DNA of 64,000 nucleotides from Marsupella aquatica (taxonomy: Eukaryota > Plantae > Marchantiophyta), in NCBI GenBank assembly GCA_973895155.1, contig OZ316891.1, forward strand, positions 6,171,708-6,235,707, given 5' to 3'. Every line of letters begins with the position of its first letter. Within the stretch, counting starts at the first letter, position 1. Positions 25,126 through 37,780 of this stretch are shown here, piece after piece. The position numbers and the translations under genes are program-made. The notes beneath the pieces were generated by a model. That model ran no database searches and was not told the DNA's origin. It was given only the letters and a program-made list of their open reading frames with translations.

Positions 25126-26227
25126 CTGACCTTAGAATCCTGTTGTGTAAAGCCAATACACATAAACTCCCAAATATTTTTTTCCTTTAAATAGAATTCA
25201 AATGTTTAGAACTAAAATTGTAATATCTAGAGTAGTGCTTATCAGTATGCACATCAGCTGAACAATTTTTAAATGTTTTTGGATGTAGAGATCCTTTCGC
25301 TACCATGAGTAAATGTGGTGCGTCCCATGGCTCCCTAAACCCAAGAATCCCCCCAGCTCAAGCCGATTCCCGCAGGTTTCGCGCTTGGTGAGGCCGTTTC
25401 CGCGGCTTAGTGGCATGGGACGCTGCTAACCTTCTACTACTACTATTAACATTTTACACACATATACTGGACAGATCCTTCATCGGGTCATGAGATACGT
25501 AGCCGGCCTAATCTAAGCCTTCCCTCGTCTTCCCCTCCGTCTTGTTAGGTATGTTTGGATTCCGCCGCCGGAATAATCCCCAATAGGCTTGGTTAAGCCG
25601 CTAAGACCTCTCTCAGCTCGACACATCCAACTCTCACTCCCCTGCTTACTTTCCTTCCTTCTACTTGATGTGGGCACTCTTCACACAAGTTAATGCGACA
25701 CACAAATAGCAAAATGACTCATTCTGACTGAGTCATACCATGCACTTGCCATACAAACAGTACATCTCATACACAAGCTCTGCGAACTAAGCCGTGAGGC
25801 CAACTCTATTCAGCTCTTAGGCATGAGGAAACATGAATATACACAAGGGTCACTGTATGACTAACCGAGAGCTTCTCTTACTACTTGATCCCAGCCCGGC
25901 TGGTGCAAACTAAAAACTTGCTAAAGAAGAGGCCCTAAGCTCCCCGCTGCCCAGGTACTTATCCTGGTAGTGGATCCGCCTAATTCCTTGCAGCGTAAGC
26001 CTAATCTACCTAACAGTAATCTACTTGCCCGGATCTACCTATGTACAGCAAGGCAGGAGCACAAGTGTTGCTCGTACCAGTGGAACCGCAATCCCACTAA
26101 GCTAAGTGTCAGGGCCGCTCCTGGTCCTGATCCTAATCCTAAACTTGGAGATCAGCGCCCGCCCTGCCCACTCACGCCTCCTCCCTCCATGTCCGCCCTT
26201 CCTAAAAGGAACGGCGCCCTTGCACCG

Positions 26228-29200
26228 TCACGACACCGGTGGTGGATCCTCAATGGACGCCCCCAACGCTTCCTCCTCAGCCACTGCCGTAGGTTCTTTC
26301 TCTGACATATTACCTGCCCTTGACTGAGTCAACTCTCCATCGGCCTGACTGGGTCCACCGTCGGCGTCGGCATCGGCATGGGAATCGGTTACGGCCTCAG
26401 CCTTGGCTACGGTCTCCACGGCCTGCTCAAGAGGCGGATCTGGGATACCAGCCTCATTACTGAGTGGTTCGGCTTGGGCCGCACCATCCCCACCTGTGAT
26501 GATATCGGAATCTATTGCCGTATTCATGCCGGAGGATGGTGCTGGGTCTACCTCCTTGGTCACAACGGCCTGTGGAGTCGGATTACTCCTTGACCCTGAA
26601 GGTTTCCGCTTCTTCTTCTTTTCTGGTTCGGCAGCTGGTCCCTTCCCCTTCCCACTTACTTCCGGCACTGGTGCAGGTGTCGCGGCTTTTTCTTCGGCCA
26701 GTACCACTCCGGGTAACTTGGTTGCCCCAATTGGAGTTGGGCCTGATGAAGACAAGCACTTAAATACTGCGGCTTGTTTCTTCAGCCGCTCTGTTTGGTT
26801 GTCGGCCTGCCGCTGGAGGTTCTCCATCTTCCTCGTGATTTCCTCCAACTCCTCCTGGGTCTCATCCAGGTCCCTGCGTGCCTCCTCTAGTTCCTTCTGG
26901 GCTTCCTCCCGTTCTTTCTCCACGGTAGCCCTCCCCTCCCGGGTTGCTCTTAGCTCCTTGTCGAGCTCTGCAATGATGACAGACTCCATCTGATTCATCT
27001 TGGCGTAAGTCTGATCGAGCATCTCGTCCTTCTCCCTTAGGTCGGCCTTGAAGCTGGCCGTCAGGGACGCAAGCTCCTGCTGCAGCGCCATAATCCCTTG
27101 ATAGGATTTTCCTAACTCGGCCTCCTTCTGCTCAAGGGCTCCGCAGATTTTCTCGAGCTCCCCCTTCAACGCCCATTCCTTTCTTTGGGTCTCCGCCATG
27201 GCCCGGCTGTTGGCTGTTATGTGGGCCTCCTCTGCATTCCTCAGCTCTTGTTTTCCACTTCTCCCTCTCTTTGATCGTATCGGCCAACTCTCCCTGTGTC
27301 TGAGTCAGTTTATCCTTGATATTCTGATTATCAGCCTGCGCGGTGTCCAACTGCCCCTGCATGATGTTCAGCTCATGCTGTTTAATCCGCAGTTCATCTT
27401 GGGCTTTCTTGGCCACCCTTAGATCTTCAATCTCGGCTTCCATCCTCCTAAGCCGCCGAATGACCTCGTCCTTCTTGCTTCTCTCTAAAGCCACCGCTTC
27501 TTCTAATTGGTGCTTCTCCAACTGCTCCCTATGGAAAAAGGGTCCTAGGTCAAGTGCAAGCTAGAGGGGTACCAAAGGAGTCCCCAAAGACTAGCTCAAA
27601 AAGGAGAGTGAAAGGAGTAGAAATGTCATTAAGATTTAGCTCAACACACTCCCAAAAAGGTTAGACACACTTCCAAAAATATTGTGCACACTTCCAAAAA
27701 GATTGGGCACTCTTCTTAAATTCCAAACTATGTGGACACACTTCCAAAGATTTGGCATGCAAGATCTAACCTTTCAATCTCATCAAAACAATCCTGACCA
27801 TTCCATGTAAATTTTGGTTCTTTTTGTCCTCTAGGGATTCTTTTCCTAAGGACCTATGTCCTTTTGGTGGAGAAATGGAGATCCTTTCAGTACCCCTATA
27901 GCTTGCACTTGACCCCTACTCCAACTCCTCTCCAAAGATGCCGAGCGCAAGTTCCCCACACATCTCACCATACTCCATGGCTCTATTCTTAGCGTAGGTG
28001 GAGTAAGTAGAAGTGATCGGCATCGCCCATCGCGGCCTCTGCTCCCAAGCTGTCTTGCGGATCTCTTCAATCGTGGCTAGAGGTTTCTTCCTTTTTCGGC
28101 TAGCCGCCTGATGTCCTCCGGCCAATCTCCTCCTGGTAAATCCTTTTCCCTAGCCAGGGCTGCCTCCTCTTCCTGCCTGATTCGCTCCTGAAATTCCTGC
28201 GCCGTCTGTTTTATGCCGTCAAAGCTCGGGGGAGCAACATCTGGTGGGGGAGACTCAGGGCTACTCTGCTGGTTGGGGTCCCCTCGTGCTACCCTTGGAA
28301 GTGTGGGGACAAACCGGCCACAGGTCCTTACTCCTGGAACGTGATGGTTCGACCCATAGCCGGAGTTATCATGGCTGAAGTCCTCCACTGCCTCCTCTAC
28401 TTCTTGGACGTCCGGCTTCTCCCTCTCCTCTTCGTCGGTAGGAGCTTTAGGCAATTCTGCCTCAGATTCAGAGCTTGAGACTCCCACATATATTCGAACA
28501 CCTGGCTTGGATTCCGGCCTGATTCTCTCCTTGTCTCCAGCAAAGGGGTTTTCTCTTGTAAGCCGGTGTAGGCCTACCTCTGGAGTAGTGTCCTGCATTG
28601 TTGCCGTTGCCGTTGTCGTTGCCGATGCCGATCTCTTTTCTTTCTCCAGTAGTTTTAGCAGACTCTGCATGCCTGGTTGCTGCATCGGCAAGTCCTCCTT
28701 CCTTGGTCTAAACACCTGCTCGATCGTAGGGCTAACAGGTGGTTGAGGCTTCTCTGCTACCGGCCTCGGTGCTGGAGCTTCCTCGGGTGCCCTTACCTGC
28801 AGGGGAAGTACTGGGGCAAAAATTTGACCTCTGGCATACCGGCACAACAGCGGCATGTGATAGCCAAGCCGCGACACGCTCCCCATGCCGATTACCTGCT
28901 GCTCCTCCTTTAAGATCTTCTTCAATTGGTTGAGGAGGTACTCGTTGTAGTCCCAGCTTGGGTCTGGTCTCTCTGCCAGATAGACCTGTGCCTTGCCGAT
29001 CTTCGCCCTCGGCAAGTTACAATGCATGGTCACCCGCAAGAAGTCGATCATCTCTCCTATGTGCGGGTTGGTGCAGGTGTTCCGGAAGAAGCCATTCTTC
29101 GTTGATGGCCCAGGGAACGACCGGAACTCCTTGTCAGGCAAGGTCTTCCTGGTATCAACTTTGGTCTTATTGCCTATCGGCAAGCCAAACACTTCGGCAA

Positions 29201-30232
29201 TCACCTTGGGAGTAAGATAGAAATCCTTCCCATATATCCTCGTGCAATTGGTCTCGGGTTCCCATGACCCCACGAATTCTAATAGGTCTGACTCTGGTAC
29301 CTCCGGCTTCAGCCATGGTAATCTTACAAAGGCCTCTAAGCCGGATCCGGCCATGAAGCCTTGGTACTTCTTGGTCTGCATGGCCGTAAAGCATGCATCC
29401 TCCTCCCGTGCAAAATGTAGTTGCACCTCTACCGGTAGGGTTGCCGCCCAGCCTTTCCAGGTGTCATCCCTGGTTGGAATGGCCTTGATGGGATCGACCT
29501 CCTCCTCTTTGGCTTCTCCCTGCCTCCTGCTCTGCTGCTCGGCTGGCTTCTTTGGTGCCGCCGACCTCGTTCTTTTTGCCGGGGTGGCTTCATCGTTGAC
29601 GGCTCCCTTCCTCTTCATCTCTGCTGCCATGGAGGTTTCTCCTAGCACCGTTGCCTGGGTCCACCTTTCCGTGCTACCCTTCAATTCCCAGTGTATGTCG
29701 TTGCAGTTCTTGATGGCCTCTCGAATGCCGATGATGCTGTCTTTGCAAAACAGAAGATCGTCGAGCTGATTGGAGGTAGGAGTCCACAAGAACTCATCCT
29801 TGATGAGTTCGCCTCCTAAGAAAGCCGTCTTTTGCAGCTCCCACAATCGAGCGAGGCCTGCCGTTCTCGAGCTGCCCTTTCTGATTCCTCGTCCTCGTAA
29901 GTCTTGATGTACTCAGTTGCCCGTTCGAACAGGCATCCCCAGAAATGTGCCGCTTGATTGACGTTGCTCATACCCTCCTTAGGTCGATCGTCGGTATCTA
30001 CTCTCTCCCCGAGTGCTTGCCTAAGCAGCTGACAGTAGTTGGCCTCCCGTAGTCGTCTGCCTAGTTCGTGCTCGCAAATGAGCCACCATCTCCTGCAAGC
30101 GCTCCTTACCCCTCTCCTCTTCTGGTCCTTCCTCCCGTTGATCCTTCCTAGCCACCGACGCTTAACGCACCCTAACCCTAATCGAGTTTTCACCCCCAGC
30201 GTCCTTACCTCCGGCCTCGGCCCGGGTTCCAT
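26228..30232 (-). pseudogene. Frameshifted in-LTR accessory ORF homologous to the 878-aa protein
   Basis: GLEAFVRLPW..LLEFVGSWE..TRIYGKDFYLTPKVIAEVFGLP..NGFFRNTC aligns with GFEHLASLPW..MTEFVKNYD..TRLRGRNMSLTEERLKMIFGLP..NGFVMRTC; C-terminal coiled coil; split by frameshifts and a MITE. Confidence 0.85.
27548..27914. mobile_element. MITE, 367 bp, related to 18919-19265 in opposite orientation, 4-bp TSD
   Basis: TIR ggtcaagtgcaagctagaggggtac / gtacccctatagcttgcacttgacc; TSD CCTA at 27544-27547 and 27915-27918; shared internal ggaagtgtg repeats. Confidence 0.9.
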
Positions 30233-30352
30233 GGTCGCCCCTAATTGTTTATATGTTCCTTGTTTTGTCCCTATACTAAGGTGTTTCTAGGGTGCCTTCC
30301 TGCTTTACCCACTTAACTGGCCGAGTGATTCCTGTCTAGGCATCACAGTAAA

Positions 30353-31153
30353 TTTATGCGAGGGGATGAAGTTTCATTGATAATTGATGGTTTTGAAGTG
30401 GCAATTGGGACCATCCAAAAGGTTGATCCCAAAGACACTATACACAATATTTGTCTTGGGAAAAATCAAATTGGGGTCCTTATCGAGAGGTGTCTGGAAA
30501 CATCTTGTCCACTACCATTTCCATCCAAAACATCATCGAGCCTAGGTGATGCAGTTGACTCGTGTGTGATCTGGGATTCTTCCTTGGCATATTTGAGGTC
30601 TTCAACATTGCCAAAAAGAACCGCTGTGGATGGTGTTCCTACTCCAGTGGACGAGGATGAAGGATGTTCCGAAATGGATGTTGGTGGTAAAGGAGGCAAC
30701 CTTGCTGAAGGAGAGGAGGTTGAGATGTTCATTTTAGATGAACTTGTATCAAAAGGAGTTGTCTTCAATACCAATCCAATGGACACTTGTCATAGTGAAC
30801 AACTTGGTGTTGGCCGTGTCAGTATACAAATATCAGAGGTTGTTCAGGGAAATAGAAAATTACCGTATCCACATCCTGGACCTGACACAGTGCAAAGAGG
30901 CAATGCAGACTTGGGTAATGTGGGATGTTGCTGATGTTTCAAGAAAGGCTCTATTCGAGGTTCTGGCGTGTTTGTTGGTGCAAACCCGGGTGCAAACCTG
31001 TTTAAGGATCTTCCATTGAAAGATTTTACAATGCGTTCCAACTGGATGGCAGAGGAAGTTGACTTGTATGATGTTTCTCGTTGTCGTAAGGTTGCGACAG
31101 GGGTTATCACAATTCCTTTTGAAGCAGGTGCTGTTGATGATGAACTTCTTGGT
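30353..31153 (+). pseudogene. N-terminal part of the transposase gene: about three repeats of a small beta-rich domain (Tnp1/En/Spm-like, DUF8039-type)
   Basis: Repeated pattern VA.G.I....P....H...LG...V.V.I....LP.P....A....V.WD; continues in frame across the 2112-bp insert (DELLG|PEHVGVAVV). Confidence 0.6.
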
Positions 31154-33265
31154 AGTGGTGGCCCTCCCACCACGTGCCCGTCCAAACTCGTTTCTCAGCC
31201 TTGAAACAAGTCGAACCTTACACTAACACGGAATGTTGGGGCAAGTTCTCCCCGACTATACTCCTTGTCGTCAGCGACCCCTCCCATACGAAGCCGCACT
31301 TGCCCTCGTCAACACAACCGTCGCTCAACGGTCTTTGCTATCTGCACAAGCAACCAACCAACCAATAAGAACTTGTCTTGATCTCGGAACTCCCAAGACC
31401 CTTGTCTTGCCTCAAGCTCAACAGTCGTTAGTAAGTAGGTCAGCGGATAGAGCCTCCCAGGCCCGCATGGCCTTGCCATAAGCTGAAACTAAGGTCGACA
31501 TCACTGTTCGTCCAGAACAGTCTATCTACCGGATGTCGCCCAAGCTTCCCCACTTTCTACCCGTCAATGGCTGACCGCCCTGCCTCCAGGACATGCCCAT
31601 GGCCCAAACTCAGTTGGTCACAAACTAGTAGTAACACGCCGGGACCATTCAGTTTCTAGATCTTAGCCACCTCTCTACGAAACCGGGTTCCGCTCAACCT
31701 CTCACCATGCATCGGGACCAGATCTCAATGGCAGCCCCCAGAGTCTACTTGGTTCTACCTCTCCAACATCAGGTCCCCATGGGAACCAAATGCGGTTTGG
31801 TCACTGTTCGACTTCGGATCGGCAAGAGGGACTCCCCCCATTGCAAGCCTCAAAACCAAAATCATCCAATGCACAATTAGAGAGCACCATGAGGTAGCTT
31901 TCTTCATTAGCTTTCCAACGAGCCTAAGAACTCCCCCAACGGAGATCCGGTCGTCGAGTTATGTTTGTTTCTGCTTCAAAACTCGAAATGACGTATCTTC
32001 GTTGATCGCGATCAGCTCGAGCTCAAACTTGAGAGGACCACTCCCCTCATATATGCTTCTGGGGACCTGCCACCCCCGGACCAGCTTTGGTCCCCTATCT
32101 TTGGCCCCCTACCCGAGGGTCCGTGGGCCCCGCCACTTAGCTCGAAATGAAGATAATTGAAAACCTTCTGTAACTTGGCCTCGAGCGCAAATTGTGGCAT
32201 AAGGGGCTAAAAGTTACGGCCCTAACCCCGCTCTGGTCCAGGCAACCCCCCCTGGTCCAGGCAACCCCCTCTTGGTCCATCGATGCGCGGCGACTCTAAT
32301 CGAGTCTAAATCGACCATAACTTTTGGCCCCTAGGTCCGTTGGCCAAAAAATATGCGGCCCCATGATCGGGCTCATGTGGGGATTCTCAGGCCCCTATGG
32401 TGATCCGTTAGAAAAATAGTTCATTTTTCCGTCATCGGCAACGGGCCCAAACTACAAGCATGCAGCTTGAGTCGGCCATAACTTTTGGCCCCTGGGTCCG
32501 TTGGCCGAGAAATATGCGGCCCCATGATCGGGCTCATGTGGGGCTTCTCAGGCCCCTATGGTGATCTGTTGGAAAAATAGTTCATTTTTCCATGATGGGC
32601 AACGGGCCCAAACTACAAGCATGCGGCTTGAGTCGGCCATAACTTTTGGCCCCTGGGTCCGTTGGCCGAGAAATATGCAGCCCCATGATCGGGCTCATGT
32701 GGGGCTTCTCAGGCCCCTATGGTGATCCGTGGGAAAAATAGTTCATTTTTCCATGATCGGCAACGGGCCCAAACTACAAGCATGCGGCTTGAGTCGGCCA
32801 TAACTTTTGGCCCCTGGGTCCGTTGGCCGAGAAATATGCGGCCCCATGATCAGGCTCATGTGGGGCTTCTCGGGCCCCTATGGTGATCCGTTGGAAAAAT
32901 AGTTCATTTTTCCATGATCGGCAACGGGCCCAAACTACAAGCATGCGGCTTGAGTCGGCCATAACTTTTGGCCCCTGGATCCATTGGCCGAGAAATATGC
33001 GGCCCCATGATCGGGCTCATGTGGGGCTTCTCGGGCCCCTATGATGATCCGTCAGAAAAATAGTTCATATTTCCGTGATCGGCAATGAGCCCAATAAAGT
33101 TAAGTAGAGCGCGCTTTTCTCAAGTCTTGTCCTTGCTCTTACTAGCCTCCTCTTTGTTAGTTGCATCCCTAATGGCCATGATGGTAGCAAATCTAAGAGG
33201 GGCTCAACGCTGGAGTTAGGCAACGCCGGAGCAATTACGAGTAGGTGAAAGTTGTAGTCGCGACT
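31154..33265. mobile_element. 2112-bp element, probable solo LTR with non-canonical AGT...ACT ends, copy A
   Basis: 5-bp TSD TTGGT at 31149-31153 and 33266-33270; near-identical to 48420-50531; no long ORF. Confidence 0.85.
32315..33095. repeat. 161-bp tandem array (~5 units) inside the 2112-bp element
   Basis: ccataacttttggcccct recurs at 32315, 32476, ~32637, ~32798 and ~32959. Confidence 0.95.
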
Positions 33266-33270
33266 TTGGT

Positions 33271-36114
33271 CCAGAGCATGTGGGTGTAGCTGTTGTGAAT
33301 ATCAATGATCCCACATTATTTCCAAATATCCGTGCTGGTACTCCAGGTTTGGTGAGGTGGGAAATCAAATTTTTGTTGTTGATTTCATCTCAAATGTTTC
33401 TTGGGGATATCCTTGAGAAAGGTTCATATGTGTGGATAGAATCGGGTCGAAATGAGAGCGACCCGGATTTGGATGGTGATGGGAAACCTTCAAAAAGACC
33501 ATATAATTTCATTAGAAGGACCAAAGTGGATCTGGAGGAGAAAAAAAAACATTTGCAATCAAGGGCGCTTTTGAAAATCACCGAGGAGTCCATTGATTCC
33601 ATCCAAAGAGAAGGTTGTTGCACTGGGTTAAAGTGTTGCTTGAACATGCCAAGAGAGGACTTGGAGGCAATGAGGAGGGAATTCCATAGAATGTCAAGTG
33701 ACAACAAAACAAGTCATATCTTCAATCTTTTTGGGTGTAGAGAAGACCAAGTCAGGAGAAAAGGATTTTTTGTTCTAAAGGGACGTGTGGTTTGTAAGGA
33801 TGCGTTCATAAAAATGCATGGGTTAAGTACGGCAAAGTATTATGATTACAAAAATCAGTACGAAGTTGGGTGCACAATTGGTTTGCATGGAAATCAAGGG
33901 CAACATAAGACACGATCAAGCACCTTGCATGCTCGTGCATTGTTGGAGTCCATTTTAATCCAAAATGGAGAACTAATGCCACATCTTCCCTATGGTGGGT
34001 CCAATGGCACCGATACTGTCGAATATCGACTCCCATCATGTTTCACTAAGAAGGAGATTTTTCAAGAGGTATTTGCAAAGATGGGATTGGACGGCTACGC
34101 TAAGGTTACTGAAGTTACCATGTACAACATCTGGAAAAATTCTTTTGATAATTTGACTTTCACAAGGGCAGTGCATTTGCCAAGTGCACATTTTGCACTG
34201 AGTTCAAAGATCAATTGATGCGGGAGAAGAGAAAAAAAGAGTGTGTAGAGATTGAAGAGAAAAGAGCACGACATCTTTGTGAACAAATGTCAAGGAGATA
34301 TGTTTACTATGCTCATAGGGTTCTTGCAAAGAAGGATCCTCAAAACTATCTTTGCATTATTCATGATAAGATGGACCAAGCCAAGACTTGGATCCCCAGA
34401 TTGGTCCCCACTCCAAAATCTCTCTCTAGTAGTGGTCACCCTCTGCCCATTGCCCTGACTGGCCTTTGGCCTGGAGATGCAGACTTCACTGTGACATCTT
34501 TGGCCAAATGCCTTCGAGATTTGGAGGATTACATTGGAGACAAAACGGGAGACATGCTTGAAGCTTTTAATTGGAACGCAACTAGGCCAATATTTCAGTC
34601 TCTTTTGGACTTTGAAGCATTTCAAGCGGGTTACTTGGAACCCAAAAATGTTTCAATTCTCAAGTTTCAAGGGCCTTGATGACGGTCAGGAGAGCCAAAA
34701 AACCAGCACAACAGATGCTGGTTCTAGAGTTGATCCTGAGACTACGAGCTCTTTCAAGCCCTTACCAAGGCACCTAACACTGCAGATGGACAATTCAGGA
34801 AAAGATAACAAAAATCAATATGTGATGGCATTTTGCAGTGAGCTTGTTAGCAGGGGGTGTTTGAAACTGTGCAAATTTTCATTCCTCATGGTTGGCCACA
34901 CCCATGAGGATGTGGATGCACTATTTTCTCAAGTATCCAAACAGGTCAGGTACAAAGAGGTTGCTACCCTCCTTGCGTTGATGGCTGAGGTTTGGGAGTG
35001 TGAAAGCATCCATCCCGTACCACGATTGATTCAGGAGGTTGCATCTTACAAGCAGTATTTGAAGGCTTTCCAAGTGAAAGAGATTGAAGGTCACTCAAAA
35101 CCAGTGGCATTTCTATTCTCCATGAGGGATAATGTGCCAGTGTATCAATGTAAAGCACATGTCAAACAACCTTGGCTTCCAGCAATAGGGAGGTCAATTT
35201 GGAGAACTGATCTCATCACAAACACGCTCATTTTACCGGAGGGCCAACCATTTGCAAAGCCTATATTGGGGGAGGTACAAAAGAAAGCCGAGGAAATCAT
35301 CCCATTCCTTAATCATTACATTGATTTCTTGAGGAAAAGTTGCAAGGATGAGACCTCTGCAGCATACGGTCGCGAGAGATTTCCTTTGGTGAAATATTGG
35401 GAGAGGCTTGTTATGGCACTCTCTGAGGCACTTACAATAGAAGGGGAGGGAGAAAGTCAATTGTCATTGACAACTGATTTCTGGCCAAAGACTAATCATG
35501 GCACAGGTTACAAGGTGATTTTGGGGACCTCTCAACCTTCAAGTGAACCTACTCAAAATTCAGAGATGATGGACCTTCAAAATGAGTACATGGAAGAGAT
35601 GGAAGGTCAAGCTGCACCCTTCGTTGGTGCACGAGAAGAGCGAGAACTTGCACGTTGGATTCCCCTACAAGATATTCAAGAGGGTCACTTTGTGTTTTTA
35701 CGTCCAGAGGATGAATGGGAGCAAAAAAATGGCAAAGGGCGTTTCTGGTTAGTTCGAGCTTTGGGTGGTGTGGATCCAAACCATGAGGTTTCTTCAAGGT
35801 TTTCTAAGAGCATTCACCTAAGTAGCATTCCTAAGCGGTATGCTCCTATGTTCCAAGTGCAATGGTGGAGGCCTAAACATGGTAAGCATGATGCAAAGGA
35901 TGATGTTCAATACGAACGTTGCTTTCAGACCACTAAGACTTGGGAGCTAGATCCTGGGTTTAACACTATCACTCAAAGTTGGCAGTTTGCAAATTCTGCA
36001 ATGTATGGGTTTAAGTCAGGTGCCAAAGAACAAAATATTATGGATAGAGGTTTGACAATTCCCAAGAATGTTTTGAAAACTCTCAAAACTTACATGGAAG
36101 GTATTGATGAGTAG
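33271..36114 (+). pseudogene. DDD transposase core (Sola1/DUF7869-like) with two frameshifts
   Basis: Cys cluster CC..KCC; FAKCTFC; IIHDKMDQAKT; LQMDNSGKDNKN; FLMVGHTHEDVDALFS; C-terminal barrel-like GHFVFLRP..FWLVR..VQWW. Frameshifts near 34155 and 34675. Confidence 0.8.
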
Positions 36115-36940
36115 AGTGATAGAGTGATCACAAGTGTCCACTATGTAATGACTTGTAGTTAGGAGGGTCAAGTTAATTTCCATGCATTATTGTCTAAAGT
36201 AAGTGAGAGAACAAGGCTTGCAATCAAATACTCTATGATCTCTCTTAGTTATTGAATGGACTTTTTGATAATTATTGTTATTTTTGTCTTAGTACATATA
36301 TTTCTAGAAAATGATGGCAGTTCTAAGTTACTTGGATGTCATCCTAGTTTGAATATAAGATATTTAACTTGTCTAGCATTTCATTGTTGCTTAGATAATG
36401 ATCCTATCCAAGCTAGATGTTTTGAGTAGAGATGCTATCCAAGCTTATGTGTTATTACACAAGTTCTATCTATTTTCAACCAAATGAACACTTTTTATCA
36501 CCCAAATGTTTTTTAATATTATCCAAATTAATATTTTCTTTGCCCAAATGTCTATTTTTTTGCCCCAAATTTATAATTCATGATGCTTAAATTTTCATTT
36601 TTCATCCTTCAAATTTACAATTCTTATGCCTAAAAGTGTGTTTTTAAATGCCCAAATTTCCAAATCTTCTTTATAATTCCACTTTTAATGAATATAGTGA
36701 TCCGAGTACTGCTTCTCCCTGCCCAACTGCTTCTTCCCACCTCCCTCCCGTTTTGATGGAACAGGCTTTGCTTCAGACCCGGGAGGAGGCCAAACGGACC
36801 CCACAAACCTCCGCTCCCCTAAGCCGTTGGGAAGCCCCGACCTCCGCTCCCCCTAAAACCTCCCGAAGCCCTGACTCCCATCGCAGCCCAAGTATACAGG
36901 AGACTGTAGCATTGAGCCCCATTTTTACAAAGGAAAAAAG

Positions 36941-37096
36941 TCCGGGCCAATGACACCTTGCCACCTGGCATCCAGAACCCCAAAATGAGAGAATACTATT
37001 TCATATACTGAATGGGGGGCAGGGAAGTAAATAAAATGGTTTTGGGGACAACTTACAAATTTCAACAGGTTAGGGGAACATGTTGATAAACAGCTG
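36941..37096 (-). repeat. Right terminal inverted repeat of the giant DNA transposon
   Basis: Reverse complement of 1735-1891. Confidence 0.85.
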
Positions 37097-37580
37097 TATA
37101 AATTAAATGTAAACATTATGTATTGCGCAACAGTAGCATAACCAAGCCCAACAATGCAGCCAGGGCCTGTCAAATGGGAAACCCCTACCCTTATACAGCA
37201 AACAAACAACCCCAATGTGTTGCCCCTTACATGTCTGAACCCCTTCCCTCCAAGAAACTAACCCCACCACACAGCCTTACTAACGCTGTCTCAATTGTCA
37301 AATGCCATTTTCTACAACTATAATAAGGGATCCCGCCTTTTTCGTCCTTCGTCCCAATACAAAAAAGCTTCTGGGCAAGAAAGATCCATAGCCGTTGGAT
37401 TTGATTAACTGTTTTTGCTGACCATTGATGAGAGAAATGTACACCCCTAGCACATATTTGCTTCCCGCTTCCCATAATGCCCCGACCAATCCCTATGGGC
37501 CTGCCTTCCTTGCTGCAAAAGCATTGGCATTGGGCTCGTCATGCATAACTCTGTACCTCAAGCAACTATTTAAGTCCAGG

Positions 37581-37725
37581 AAGTTCACACTAGGTTGCCC
37601 ATCTCTTCAGTGAGCATTAGGATCGAGTTCACATTAGGTTGCCCATCTCTTCTCTTCAGTGAGCATTAGGATCGAGTTCACATTAGGTTGCCCATCTCTT
37701 CAGTGAGCATTTTGATCGAGTGGAT
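37581..37725. repeat. ~44-49-bp tandem repeat (3 units) upstream of the PAH gene
   Basis: Repeated gttcacattaggttgcccatctcttcagtgagcattaggatcga. Confidence 0.85.
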
Positions 37726-37780
37726 GAGTTCATCGGCGCTACAATATCAATATCGTCAATTGAGGTCGTCAGGGCTAAGT

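Larger units (their letters stand above)
25314..30347 (-). mobile_element. Solo LTR (5034 bp including a nested MITE) of a second gypsy family
   Basis: Ends TGTGGTGC...GCATCACA; 5-bp TSD GTAAA at 25309-25313 and 30348-30352; no gag or pol inside; excision restores ATG AGT AAA TTT ATG CGA of the transposase gene. Confidence 0.88.
1735..37096 (+). mobile_element. Giant TIR DNA transposon (Sola1/DUF7869-like DDD transposase) with cargo gene and multiple nested insertions
   Basis: Imperfect ~157-bp inverted repeats at 1735-1891 and 36941-37096 (CAG...CTG). Identical 10-bp flanks TATAAATTAA at 1725-1734 and 37097-37106. Transposase remnant ends at 36114, near the right end. About 12 kb remains after subtracting nested inserts. 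Confidence 0.8.

Noticed and set aside
32315-33095. Regular 161-bp, 60-bp and 27-bp arrays as possible CRISPR-like arrays
   Set aside because: Whole units repeat with no unique spacers, there are no cas genes, and the context is eukaryotic.
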